Of a DNA stretch of 64,000 nt, positions 55,551-64,000 are shown piece after piece. The first letter of the stretch is position 1, and each line of letters starts with the position of its first letter. The notes beneath the pieces were generated by a model. That model was not told the DNA's origin, ran no database searches, and worked only from the letters and a program-made list of their open reading frames with translations. Both the position numbers and the translations under genes were made by a program. Location: NCBI GenBank assembly GCA_902794075.1, contig CADBGE010000001.1:208137-272136 (forward strand). Reading direction: 5' to 3'. The DNA is from an uncultured Erysipelotrichaceae bacterium (lineage in GTDB: Bacteria > Bacillota_I > Bacilli_A > RF39 > UBA660).

Positions 55551-56372
55551 ATGAGAACTACAGTAAAACTAAATAGTAAGGGCGAAGATGTAAAGTATCT
55601 TCAGAAGCTTCTTGGTTTGACAGCTGATGGAGCTTTTGGTCCAAAGACAGACTCTGCAGTAAAAAAGTTCCAGAAAGATCATAGTCTTGTTGCTGACGGT
55701 ATAGTCGGAGCAAAGACGTGGGCAGAACTTGAGAAACTAAACGCGTCAAAGCCCGCTGTTTCAACAGTTAATTCAAAGCAAGTTGACCCATCAGTAATAT
55801 ATGCACCTCTTAAATGCTGCTTATCAAAACTTGCGAATAGACAAATCAAATACATAGCAATTCATTACACTGCAGGTGGAAGTTCTACACCAGGCCGTGC
55901 AATCAGCATGAAGAATTCTTGGGAGAACACAAAGAGAGCTTCAGCGGACTTTGGTGTTGATGACAGAGACATAGTCCAATTCAACCCAGATCCTAAGAAC
56001 TATTATTGCTGGTCAGTCGGTGACAAGAAGGCAGCTCATGTAAATGTTCCTGATGGACGAAATAGTAACACAATAAATATTGAGATATGTTCAAATCTTA
56101 GAAAAGGAACAAGTGCAGCAGTACCAAATCATGAAGGTTGGTACTATACAGACAAGGCAATTGAGAATGCAATCAAGTTAACGAAGATCCTGATGAAGAA
56201 GTATAATATTCCTGTTGAAAGAGTCGTTCGTCATTATGACATCAGTGGTAAACTTTGCCCGGGTATCATTGGTTGGAATGATGGTCAACTATACGACACA
56301 AATGGAAAGTTATTAGTAGGAAAAAGAAACAATAGTAATAAATGGAAAAAATTTAAGAATAAGCTGAAATGA
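55551..56372 (+). CDS. Endolysin: N-terminal peptidoglycan-binding domain + N-acetylmuramoyl-L-alanine amidase (Amidase_2/PGRP)
   Basis: PG_binding_1-like LGLTADGAFGPKTDSAVKKFQKDHSLVADGIVGAKTW. Amidase_2 features IAIHYTAGG...RVVRHYDISGKLCPG. Confidence 0.85.
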   Translation: MRTTVKLNSKGEDVKYLQKLLGLTADGAFGPKTDSAVKKFQKDHSLVADGIVGAKTWAELEKLNASKPAVSTVNSKQVDPSVIYAPLKCCLSKLANRQIKYIAIHYTAGGSSTPGRAISMKNSWENTKRASADFGVDDRDIVQFNPDPKNYYCWSVGDKKAAHVNVPDGRNSNTINIEICSNLRKGTSAAVPNHEGWYYTDKAIENAIKLTKILMKKYNIPVERVVRHYDISGKLCPGIIGWNDGQLYDTNGKLLVGKRNNSNKWKKFKNKLK

Positions 56373-56390
56373 TAAAATCAACATATGCAA

Positions 56391-56420
56391 AACGGACTGC
56401 TCATATATGAGCAGTCCGTT
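56391..56420. terminator. Bidirectional terminator (AACGGACTGCTCATATATGAGCAGTCCGTT)
   Basis: Perfect 12-bp stem between the convergent lysin (plus) and 56423-56803 (minus). A/T tracts on both sides. Confidence 0.8.
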
Positions 56421-56422
56421 CT

Positions 56423-56803
56423 TTAATATTCCATGTATTGCTTACACCATTCTCCAAACTGACGAGCCTTTGTTTCAAGATATTCAATACTATGCTTAGG
56501 ATAATCCAAGTGCAAGTCAATTCGTTCATCCGTGTCTCTGGAGATCATAATCACTGGCTCAATAGAATACATTGATTCCTGAGGAACTCTGTCAGCATAA
56601 TCTTCAAAATTCCATATCTTAAGAATTAGTTGATTAATGGCTCGTGTATCACCATACTTATCATCATCATATTCAATTACTTTATATAAATAGTGTGTGC
56701 CGTTTGAGTTTATCTTTTCATCAAACTTAAAGTTCTTTTTATATCCTTTTAGCTCAAGTTCCTTACATGTATCAATAAATTCTGCTCTTGTCATAATATG
56801 CAT
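56423..56803 (-). CDS. Hypothetical protein (126 aa)
   Basis: ATG ORF. Confidence 0.55.
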   Translation of the reverse strand: MHIMTRAEFIDTCKELELKGYKKNFKFDEKINSNGTHYLYKVIEYDDDKYGDTRAINQLILKIWNFEDYADRVPQESMYSIEPVIMISRDTDERIDLHLDYPKHSIEYLETKARQFGEWCKQYMEY

Positions 56804-56812
56804 TATTTTAAA

Positions 56813-57181
56813 TTATTTATACACAAAATACTTTATTCTATACTTATGCCGTGATAATGGAATATATGATGTTACTAAATTAACTGTATCATTGACATTA
56901 ACATAATTATATACATCATATGAATTTAATGTTGTGACATTATTACCATCGCTCACACGGACAATTGGCTTATTTAGTATCTTTTCTTTTGATGTAACTA
57001 CAACAATTATTGTGTCATTAATAGGTGTAAAATATTCTGTCTTATACATATCAAAAAAATGATTGACATTCCAGACATTTTGTCCATTTCTTTGTCCAAT
57101 AATTGTCTTCGGAGTACTAAAAAGTTCACCTGCAATAATTACTATAATTAAAAATAGAATTGCGAATAATGTCTTTTTCAT
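56813..57181 (-). CDS. Secreted/exported protein with N-terminal signal peptide
   Basis: MKKTLFAILFLIIVIIAGELFS hydrophobic leader. No lipobox Cys. Confidence 0.55.
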   Translation of the reverse strand: MKKTLFAILFLIIVIIAGELFSTPKTIIGQRNGQNVWNVNHFFDMYKTEYFTPINDTIIVVVTSKEKILNKPIVRVSDGNNVTTLNSYDVYNYVNVNDTVNLVTSYIPLSRHKYRIKYFVYK

Positions 57182-57184
57182 AAC

Positions 57185-57487
57185 TTATTTATTCTTAATA
57201 TATAATTTAATGATTTCATAAATGGATACAATCAACCATACTATATTAAACGCTGGTACAAAAATAGCAATATAAGCGTTTAGCCAATTAATCTTTGATG
57301 CATATTTATAATCACATACTGAATTATATGTACTATATAATGCATCAGAAAACATCAAAGCATCTTTATATTTTTCTTTAATAACATCATTGTTAAAACC
57401 ACTGAAATGCATTATAAGTTCAATATTTACAAGTGCTGCAAAGAAATGTACACTTAATAATGTCAATAAAAATGTGACTGAATCCAT
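57185..57487 (-). CDS. Small two-TM membrane protein (holin-like candidate)
   Basis: Two hydrophobic helices (FLLTLLSVHFFAALV and IAIFVPAFNIVWLIVSI) with a charged C-terminus. About 1.1 kb from the endolysin. Confidence 0.45.
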   Translation of the reverse strand: MDSVTFLLTLLSVHFFAALVNIELIMHFSGFNNDVIKEKYKDALMFSDALYSTYNSVCDYKYASKINWLNAYIAIFVPAFNIVWLIVSIYEIIKLYIKNK

Positions 57488-57514
57488 ATTGTAAAAATTG
57501 TAAATATTAATTTT

Positions 57515-58024
57515 TTAATCCCACCAATCACGCATATATCTTTCACGTAACATATGATATAGTCTCCAAGCTTTTTCAACTCTTAATTGAGTTTTCCAAA
57601 AATTTGGACTTTCTTTTATTCTAGTCTCTTTAAGCCATGGCAAATATCTGTGCCAATTGTTAATGTTAACATAAGCATCAACAACATAACAATTATCTGA
57701 TAATTTATTATATCTATGGTTCTCATCAAACCACTTATAATCATCAGGGAAATTAATATGCCACCATTCGTTCTTTTCTAAAATAATGTCAAGTAATGAA
57801 ATAGCCAATTTCATTTGTTTGACTACAGTATCTCCAGATGTACAATGACCATAATTATTTGTTTCATACCAATGAACCATATTTTTTAACTTATTATATT
57901 CTAGTTCTAGCATAAAACCATAATCCCACTCTCTATCTTTCCATAGTGTAGGAATCCATCTGATTATATTTCTGATGTTCTTGAAGAAGTGAGTAATTTT
58001 GTTCATAATACTATTCATAATCAA
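57515..58024 (-). CDS. Hypothetical Trp-rich protein (169 aa)
   Basis: ATG ORF with unusually high Trp content. Confidence 0.55.
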   Translation of the reverse strand: MIMNSIMNKITHFFKNIRNIIRWIPTLWKDREWDYGFMLELEYNKLKNMVHWYETNNYGHCTSGDTVVKQMKLAISLLDIILEKNEWWHINFPDDYKWFDENHRYNKLSDNCYVVDAYVNINNWHRYLPWLKETRIKESPNFWKTQLRVEKAWRLYHMLRERYMRDWWD

Positions 58025-58032
58025 ACCAATAT

Positions 58033-58773
58033 TTAAAATGATTTTACAAATTTAATAAGTTCAGCAGGAATATTGTGATATGTGAATATTGCTTCCTCTT
58101 CTTTCATTGCAGTATCTTTATATATTGGAATATTGTGAACATGGTTAAAATCAATTTTTAATACTGAAATATTATCATTGCAATTTAATATCTTATCACA
58201 AAAATCTTTTACTTTATCGGTTAATTTTCCATTGTTAAATATTCTTTCATTTGTTTTATATAAGAAAATACGTTCAGGAAAATTACGATATTTTGCCTTT
58301 TTACATCTTAGCCCATTCTTTAATATACTCTCCACATTTTTTGTATATGTAAAATGATAACAAATATTATGATATTCATTTAAATCAACAGTTTTAGAGT
58401 ATGTTGGTTCAATGAATAATAACTTTGTTTTAATATCAACACCAGACAAATAATACCCATAAAATTCTAAAATTCTTTTGAATTTTTTGTCGTTTGATAA
58501 ATATATGTAATTTGATTTATTTACCTTTATTGTGAATGAGCCATTATCATAATCATCAAATTCTATTTCATATTCATTATTGAATTCTTGAAATAACTTT
58601 GATTTTAGTTTTTCAACATCATGTGAATTTAAAGCTTCAAGAATATAATCAATGTTTGCGTCAATATTATTGGGATCTAAATCTTCATTAAAAAAATCAC
58701 ATAATGATTCATAGTATTGTCTCCACCAAAATTTCTTTGAACTTTCATTAATAAATTCTTTTAATGTTTTCAT
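58033..58773 (-). CDS. ADP-ribosyltransferase-fold (Tpt1/PARP-like) protein with CTS-like N-terminus (MKTLKEFINE)
   Basis: Paralog of 61847-62755 (ILEFYGYYLSG...HNICYHFTYTKNVESILKNGLRCKKAKYRNFPERIFLY versus IIEFYGYYISG...HNICYHFTDNKSAESILKNGLRCKSGSYREYPERIYLY). H-x-T...GL...R pattern. Confidence 0.55.
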   Translation of the reverse strand: MKTLKEFINESSKKFWWRQYYESLCDFFNEDLDPNNIDANIDYILEALNSHDVEKLKSKLFQEFNNEYEIEFDDYDNGSFTIKVNKSNYIYLSNDKKFKRILEFYGYYLSGVDIKTKLLFIEPTYSKTVDLNEYHNICYHFTYTKNVESILKNGLRCKKAKYRNFPERIFLYKTNERIFNNGKLTDKVKDFCDKILNCNDNISVLKIDFNHVHNIPIYKDTAMKEEEAIFTYHNIPAELIKFVKSF

Positions 58774-58806
58774 AAAAAATTATCGTATTTTTTAAGTAAT
58801 AATATT

Positions 58807-59301
58807 TTATAACTTAAATTCATCATCAATGACAAGTTCAAGTTCTTTAATCGTGCAGTCATGCCAATCATCCCATTTATGTTCATAATATTCAATATAC
58901 TTTTCCCAATCATCGGCAGTATACTTATTGTCATAATGGGTTGTTAAATAATTAATGCACCATTCATTATATTTATCTCCTAAATAATCACAGAGTTTAT
59001 TTATTGTTTCCTGTTGTTCATCTGTTCTATGAAGTTCATCATCATTATTTGGAATATTATGTTCCTCACAAAACTTATTAAGTTCAATATCAAAGAAATC
59101 ATCATAAAAATGATTGTCTACTTCATTGAAAATTTCATCAGTTAATGAATGATCATAAATATGTGATTTATCAACCTCTTTAGCAAATTCATAAGCATCA
59201 TCTTTATTTGTGAAGCACTTCTCAACCCATTCACAATAGTCATCATATGAACCTTTGCTTGATACGACGGCATAAATTGTAACTGTTTTATTCATAACCA
59301 A
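58807..59301 (-). CDS. Highly acidic Trp-rich protein (possible DNA-mimic / anti-restriction candidate)
   Basis: 164 aa, about 30% Asp+Glu, with many aromatic residues. Confidence 0.5.
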   Translation of the reverse strand: MVMNKTVTIYAVVSSKGSYDDYCEWVEKCFTNKDDAYEFAKEVDKSHIYDHSLTDEIFNEVDNHFYDDFFDIELNKFCEEHNIPNNDDELHRTDEQQETINKLCDYLGDKYNEWCINYLTTHYDNKYTADDWEKYIEYYEHKWDDWHDCTIKELELVIDDEFKL

Positions 59302-59373
59302 ATATTTTTTAATTTACAAAAATAAAATATAAATGAAACGTCAAAAATTCAATAGTGAGTCAATAATCTTTTA

Positions 59374-59592
59374 TTAATCTCCTTTAATTCCAATTTTCCA
59401 CTTAATTAGTTCAACAGCATCTTTATATGCAGGATCTTTATTGATGATTTCAAGTACCGCCCATACACCAGAACAATATCCTTCGCAATAAATTTTTCTT
59501 AAATTTTGATAAAAGTCAGAATTCTTATATTCATCAAGATTCAATTCAGCATCTTCTTCTGCGTTTTGCCAAAGAGTTTTCATAAATTTCAT
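59374..59592 (-). CDS. Hypothetical small protein (72 aa)
   Basis: ATG ORF. Confidence 0.45.
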   Translation of the reverse strand: MKFMKTLWQNAEEDAELNLDEYKNSDFYQNLRKIYCEGYCSGVWAVLEIINKDPAYKDAVELIKWKIGIKGD

Positions 59593-59604
59593 TAAGTGAT
59601 TTTA

Positions 59605-59913
59605 TTAAAATTCAAGAGCATCATCATTAAGAATAGTCTCAGTAAATTCATCAATCATATTTCTATGATTTTTGTATGCTAGTTGAAGAAATCCTCGTGG
59701 ACTGTCATTGACAAACTCATCCATGATCATCTTGATAGTTTTTGCCTGATATTTAGCTCCGACCAGTGATTCACCAATTGTGAACTTAATCAGGCCACGT
59801 TCATTATTAATCTCAGGAATAATGTTCTGTGAACTTAGCACACGACGCTTAGAACCATTCAAAATCATCATATTGTCCTTGTCATTAAATCCTTGAAAAA
59901 TAATTGTTGCCAT
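59605..59913 (-). CDS. Hypothetical protein (102 aa)
   Basis: ATG ORF. Confidence 0.5.
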   Translation of the reverse strand: MATIIFQGFNDKDNMMILNGSKRRVLSSQNIIPEINNERGLIKFTIGESLVGAKYQAKTIKMIMDEFVNDSPRGFLQLAYKNHRNMIDEFTETILNDDALEF

Positions 59914-59983
59914 TTTCTTAAAGTTTTTAGAATGTTACACAATCAAATTAACAAATACAAAATAGAAATGTTGCTTCAAAAAT

Positions 59984-60568
59984 TCAAAATTTACTTCTAT
60001 ATTTTTCTAATAATTCTTCAATATTATTTTTAATTTCTGGATATCGGCACCTCAGTCTCCATCTAAACTTCAGTTCATCATTCATACGAATTGCATTGAC
60101 TACTTCAACACCGTTCAATATATCAACGCATATTTTAGCATCACGTTCTGTGATTCCCTCATAAGTATCTGTCTGAACAAAATTGAACAACTGATAATCA
60201 CACATATCGGAATCATCATCAAGAATTACATAACTATCCACTTCAGGATGTTCATTCATATAGAATCTGATTTCATCACCACGCAATCCGCCAATGCTTT
60301 CCGTCATTCCAATAATGTTGTTAATGAACTTGTCAAACTCTTTTTTAAAGTGATCTAAATATTGGTTCTTGATGAAGTACTGTTTCAAAGATTCATGAAA
60401 AGCAGACACAACATTAGCATAACCAATTCTCCAAGAAGATGTAACAACAATCTTTGCATCCGTTTTGTCGCAGATATCATTGATTATCTTAACATTATTC
60501 ATATCAATCTTCCACCGTGTATTAAGTGTGGTTATCACACCATCAAAATCAAGAAATAGTATTTTCAT
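59984..60568 (-). CDS. HAD-superfamily phosphatase (polynucleotide 3'-phosphatase / nucleotidase-like)
   Basis: HAD motif I ILFLDFDGVITT (DxDGV), motif II IVVTSSW, motif IV VILDDDSD. Confidence 0.6.
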   Translation of the reverse strand: MKILFLDFDGVITTLNTRWKIDMNNVKIINDICDKTDAKIVVTSSWRIGYANVVSAFHESLKQYFIKNQYLDHFKKEFDKFINNIIGMTESIGGLRGDEIRFYMNEHPEVDSYVILDDDSDMCDYQLFNFVQTDTYEGITERDAKICVDILNGVEVVNAIRMNDELKFRWRLRCRYPEIKNNIEELLEKYRSKF

Positions 60569-60592
60569 AATCCTTATAAAAATGTTAAATAT

Positions 60593-61567
60593 TTATACCT
60601 TATATTTTTCTAATCGTTTAACATCAAACAATATGTCATTTGAATTAATATATAAAGTTGTGTTCTTTCGTCTTTTTAATAATAAATCACAAACAATTTT
60701 TGGTAATAACTGATTGAATTTTTTATAAAACTTATTCCATGCATTTGTAAATTCTTTTCTTAATTTACTAAATGTTACGTTCTTGTTCCATTCTTTATTA
60801 TATGCATCAACAAAATGTTTCTTATCATCTTCGGACATTGAATTCATTTTCACAATAAATGTTCCACAATCAAAATATATTTTCCACACCCCAGATTTTT
60901 GTAATTTTTCCCTAAATTTTGTATAATCAAAATGCGTGATGTTATATTGGTCAAGTAATTTATCGCATGTTTCTTCAAGCTGTCCAAAATATGCTCGTTG
61001 TTCCTTGTCATTCAAGAAATATTTACATTGGCCGAGTATTCTATATTCATATATATTAGATTTAACATTTCTAAATGCCTTAATATATTCATCTGAAAAA
61101 TAATCAAATATTGATGGTTCTCCATTATTGATTCTATTTATATCCTCATAGGCATGCATAAGCTCATGAAGAAGAGCACTTTTTATTTCCCATTCATTTG
61201 GAATTCCATTATTTATGTATAAATCAAATTCAACAACATTATTCTTTATTCCTTTGTAACTGCCATAAACATATTTGTCAGTTATAACGTGTAAATTTAT
61301 TTTTTTGAAAAATATGTTAAATTTGCTACAATCAATTAATATTTCATAATCTTTATTTTCTTTATATCTTTCGTTTTCAAATATTCCATAATATGATATA
61401 AAATCAATAAGATCTTTATAGTTTGAAAAATGTCCAAGTTCTTCATTTATCATCCCATAAAAATCATTGTAGTTCGCAAATAATTCAATGTTTATATGTT
61501 CTTTAAGAATGTTGAATAATTTATCCTCAAAATTCTTTGATATTATATGTTCTTTAAAATTTTTCAT
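60593..61567 (-). CDS. Putative zinc metallopeptidase with HExxH motif (SprT/Wss1- or ImmA-like)
   Basis: ALLHELMHAY at about residue 135 of 324 aa. N-terminus MKNFKEHIIS loosely resembles the family leader. Confidence 0.45.
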   Translation of the reverse strand: MKNFKEHIISKNFEDKLFNILKEHINIELFANYNDFYGMINEELGHFSNYKDLIDFISYYGIFENERYKENKDYEILIDCSKFNIFFKKINLHVITDKYVYGSYKGIKNNVVEFDLYINNGIPNEWEIKSALLHELMHAYEDINRINNGEPSIFDYFSDEYIKAFRNVKSNIYEYRILGQCKYFLNDKEQRAYFGQLEETCDKLLDQYNITHFDYTKFREKLQKSGVWKIYFDCGTFIVKMNSMSEDDKKHFVDAYNKEWNKNVTFSKLRKEFTNAWNKFYKKFNQLLPKIVCDLLLKRRKNTTLYINSNDILFDVKRLEKYKV

Positions 61568-61761
61568 TAATTTTTAATATTTATTTCATCCTTAATTACT
61601 TTTAATTTATATATATTATTAATGTTTGAATGTCCTTCGCACATAAACTTTTCTGTCTCATATTGTATGCTGTCTATTTCATCAGAATCAGCACCAATAT
61701 ACGTCTGTGTGACATCAGAATAATATGGATCTATTGCTGTGTATTTGACTATTCTTTTCAT
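61567..61761 (-). CDS. Hypothetical small protein (64 aa)
   Basis: ATG ORF. 1-nt overlap with the downstream gene. Confidence 0.45.
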   Translation of the reverse strand: MKRIVKYTAIDPYYSDVTQTYIGADSDEIDSIQYETEKFMCEGHSNINNIYKLKVIKDEINIKN

Positions 61762-61846
61762 TATTTATTTTAAACTTTTCATCAGTTCAGTAATTCGTTC
61801 CTTTGTGTTTGGATGAATGAATTTAAATGTCTGAAAAATGCTTTAA

Positions 61847-62755
61847 TCATCTTATATAAATTTTTGCTATGCATTCCGCAGGAATATTAGTATATGTGAA
61901 TACACTCTTGTTATCATCTATCATCATTGTGTCTCTATATACAGAAACACCAATATGATTCAAATCAATTTTCAATACAGCTAACCCGTATTTGTGTATC
62001 ATATTGTGATCGCAGATTATGTCAACCATATTTTTGATGTCTGTTCTTAAGTGCATGTTCTTGTCAGTAACATATAAATCACAATATAGATATATACGCT
62101 CAGGATATTCCCTATAACTTCCTGACTTACATCTCAACCCATTCTTAAGTATACTTTCAGCTGATTTATTGTCCGTAAAATGATAGCATATATTGTGTGA
62201 TTTAGTCAATATGTCGTCAGCATTTTTTGAATATTTTGGCTCAATTGTGAGTATTATTGCTGCTTGTTTATCAACAGTAAGTATATAATCTTTTAAATTA
62301 TGTATCTTATCTAATTTGAATATTGATATGTCTCCTAAACCATTTTTACCATATATTCCTGAGATGTAATATCCATAAAACTCAATGATTGATAAAAATT
62401 TCTTGCCTTTTATTATGTTGGCTAATTCATCATCATACTTTAGTATAATTTCAAATGAATCAATTGTTTCATCATCGTTGTTTTTCTCAATACTTATGAG
62501 TGAACTTCCTAAAAATTCATGAAGCTTCTTACTGATTTTAGAAAAATCATGAGAATTTAATGTCTCAAGTATAAAATCAAATCCTGATGAATTATTGAAT
62601 GTTTTGTAATAATTCGCAACATCATCAATCAGATTATCAGGACATGTATCATCAATTGATTCTCCATAAAAATTGATTATGTCATTTCTGATTAAGCTTC
62701 CTTTCTGTATTGGAACATATTTGTTAGTTCTTATATATTCTGTAAACCTTTTCAT
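61847..62755 (-). CDS. ADP-ribosyltransferase-fold (Tpt1/PARP-like) protein, paralog of 58033-58773
   Basis: See 58033-58773. N-terminus MKRFTEYIRT is a leader variant. 302 aa. Confidence 0.55.
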   Translation of the reverse strand: MKRFTEYIRTNKYVPIQKGSLIRNDIINFYGESIDDTCPDNLIDDVANYYKTFNNSSGFDFILETLNSHDFSKISKKLHEFLGSSLISIEKNNDDETIDSFEIILKYDDELANIIKGKKFLSIIEFYGYYISGIYGKNGLGDISIFKLDKIHNLKDYILTVDKQAAIILTIEPKYSKNADDILTKSHNICYHFTDNKSAESILKNGLRCKSGSYREYPERIYLYCDLYVTDKNMHLRTDIKNMVDIICDHNMIHKYGLAVLKIDLNHIGVSVYRDTMMIDDNKSVFTYTNIPAECIAKIYIR

Positions 62756-62756
62756 A

Positions 62757-63008
62757 TTAATTATCTTTAGCTTTAGTTAATGTATTTTCAACAATTTCAC
62801 AAAGTTTCTTATATCTGACATTGTTCAATGTCTTAAAAAGATATGTATCATCCTCTTTATAATACAATTCAAAATTGTCTAACATTGCTGTCGCAGCTTT
62901 TAACTGTTCATTTGTCTTACAAGACTCAATGACATTTTTCACCTTTGTGAATGCGTCATATTTGTTGTGAAGTTCGTATTTCATATTGTTAAATTTAAAA
63001 TTTATCAA
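62757..63008 (-). CDS. Hypothetical protein (83 aa)
   Basis: ATG ORF. Confidence 0.45.
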   Translation of the reverse strand: MINFKFNNMKYELHNKYDAFTKVKNVIESCKTNEQLKAATAMLDNFELYYKEDDTYLFKTLNNVRYKKLCEIVENTLTKAKDN

Positions 63009-63023
63009 ATTTTTATAATCTTA

Positions 63024-63221
63024 TTATTTTTTATCGTTTTCTTTTGAACCTTTCTTCCATAGATAGATACCAGTTATCATTGTCAACACAATCAATATAC
63101 CACCAATAACTTCTCCTCTTAAAAATGTCCACAAGAGAACTACAAGTGCTACAAGTCCTATCAACCCACTGAAAATCATAAGCACGAAGCCTATGATTTG
63201 TTTAAAGTTCCAATCTTCCAT
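63024..63221 (-). CDS. Small single/double-TM membrane protein (65 aa)
   Basis: Hydrophobic core IGFVLMIFSGLIGLVALVVLLWTFL...ILIVLTMITGIYLW. Confidence 0.5.
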   Translation of the reverse strand: MEDWNFKQIIGFVLMIFSGLIGLVALVVLLWTFLRGEVIGGILIVLTMITGIYLWKKGSKENDKK

Positions 63222-63257
63222 GTAATTACAACTTTATAATGTCACATTTAAAAATTA

Positions 63258-63596
63258 TTAATCCTTTAAAACGTTCAACATTTCAGTAAATTTACGTTGA
63301 TATTCGACGGCAATGTTGTTAATCAGTTCCTGAACGGCAAATTTATCCCACCAAATTTCAGTATTGTTGTCTTCGGTACATTCAGCATCATACCAATATG
63401 AATCAATAAAATATCCGTGTGTTCCGTGAAGTGTACCTTCTTCTACGATGTCTTCCGTTTTAATAACTGTGCCAGAATGCACTTCTTCAATCGCAGTAAC
63501 CTTTTCCTTTTGAATCCTTATAGGTGTGCCTGAGTCAGATGCGTAAATAATCTTATACACAGTATCGCCAACCTTCAAATCCTTAAACTTCTTCAT
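63258..63596 (-). CDS. Hypothetical protein (112 aa)
   Basis: ATG ORF. Confidence 0.5.
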   Translation of the reverse strand: MKKFKDLKVGDTVYKIIYASDSGTPIRIQKEKVTAIEEVHSGTVIKTEDIVEEGTLHGTHGYFIDSYWYDAECTEDNNTEIWWDKFAVQELINNIAVEYQRKFTEMLNVLKD

Positions 63597-63600
63597 AATT

Positions 63601-63984
63601 TTATAATTTTAATTCAAAATATTCGTCAAATTCATCCTTGAACCAATGTTCAATATTTTCAATTAGGCAATGAATACTTGTCTCCAAGCCTGACGTCAAT
63701 ATAACATTTGTTCTTAGACAAAATATTCCATAAGGGTCCGTATCAGTGCTATCTGAAACGATTTCCCAACAGCCATCGGAATAGTTGCGATTAACAGCTC
63801 GGGCAAGCCTGCTTAATACGCCCAAGTTATAACACTTGAACCAAATTCTGAACACATCCTTGCCATGTCCGCTACAGGATTCAAATGTTATGACATACGG
63901 AATATTATTTAGTGCATTACACAGTTCAACACATTCCTTATCCATATGTCCATCATAATTTAGACAATTGTCTTGTAATTTCAT
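63601..63984 (-). CDS. Hypothetical Cys-rich protein (127 aa)
   Basis: ATG ORF with scattered Cys/His residues (CVELC, CSGHG). Confidence 0.5.
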   Translation of the reverse strand: MKLQDNCLNYDGHMDKECVELCNALNNIPYVITFESCSGHGKDVFRIWFKCYNLGVLSRLARAVNRNYSDGCWEIVSDSTDTDPYGIFCLRTNVILTSGLETSIHCLIENIEHWFKDEFDEYFELKL

Positions 63985-64000
63985 AATATTTAGTCTTTAT

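Noticed and set aside
1-64000. CRISPR array, tRNA/tmRNA genes, integrase or transposase, and reverse transcriptase / DGR.
   Set aside because: No regularly spaced direct repeats with unique spacers were seen. Intergenic regions are short and AT-rich with no cloverleaf-like GC-rich 70-90 nt segments. No ORF carries Tyr/Ser-recombinase, DDE or YxDD RT motifs. The DUF285 and fibre genes therefore have no visible DGR partner in this window.

Overview
This 64 kb window looks like part of a large, AT-rich tailed dsDNA phage or prophage. GC is roughly 30% by eye, and coding density exceeds 90% in long same-strand gene blocks. Start codons lack Shine-Dalgarno sequences, which suggests a Bacteroidota-type host (inference). 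No integrase, transposase, tRNA, CRISPR array or reverse transcriptase was found.

Recognisable content, in order:
- A plus-strand structural operon (774-12410) containing a 3155-aa giant protein with about 10 collagen-like G-x-x triplet / EYIY repeats.
- A sigma-70-family factor.
- An SF2 helicase and an AEP (PrimPol-type) primase fused to a helicase.
- An SSB with a DDDLPF acidic tail.
- A 12-gene minus-strand cassette of tail-fibre / receptor-binding paralogs (20399-36226). They share an N-terminal anchor motif and have diversified C-termini (LamG-like lectin domains, an S74 intramolecular-chaperone domain, an intragenic 10-aa tandem repeat).
- A divergent Hsp70 (DnaK-like) plus a full type-I DnaJ.
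- An RNA-repair-flavoured set: RtcB ligase, a YqeY/GatB-domain protein and a HAD phosphatase.
- A PG-binding-domain / amidase_2 endolysin.

The most unusual signal is a family of at least 11 otherwise unrelated small proteins that begin with an N-terminal decapeptide MK(S/T)L..(Y/F)I(N/S)E. This closely resembles the T4 internal-protein capsid-targeting sequence (MKTYQEFIAE, cleaved after I-x-E). The family includes two of the three Tpt1/PARP-like ADP-ribosyltransferase-fold paralogs, the third carrying a more divergent MISLIDYIKS version, and two DUF285 (BspA-like) repeat proteins. I interpret this as a candidate repertoire of capsid-packaged, injected effectors.

Other features:
- A 93-bp intergenic element present twice (13217, 45160).
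- A 41-bp tandem duplication (23838).
- A recurrent ATTTTTAATTATATA promoter-like motif 25-50 nt upstream of many minus-strand genes.
- About 10 GC-rich palindromic (often bidirectional) terminators. One of these (17064-17095) shows that an ORF-track start is wrong.
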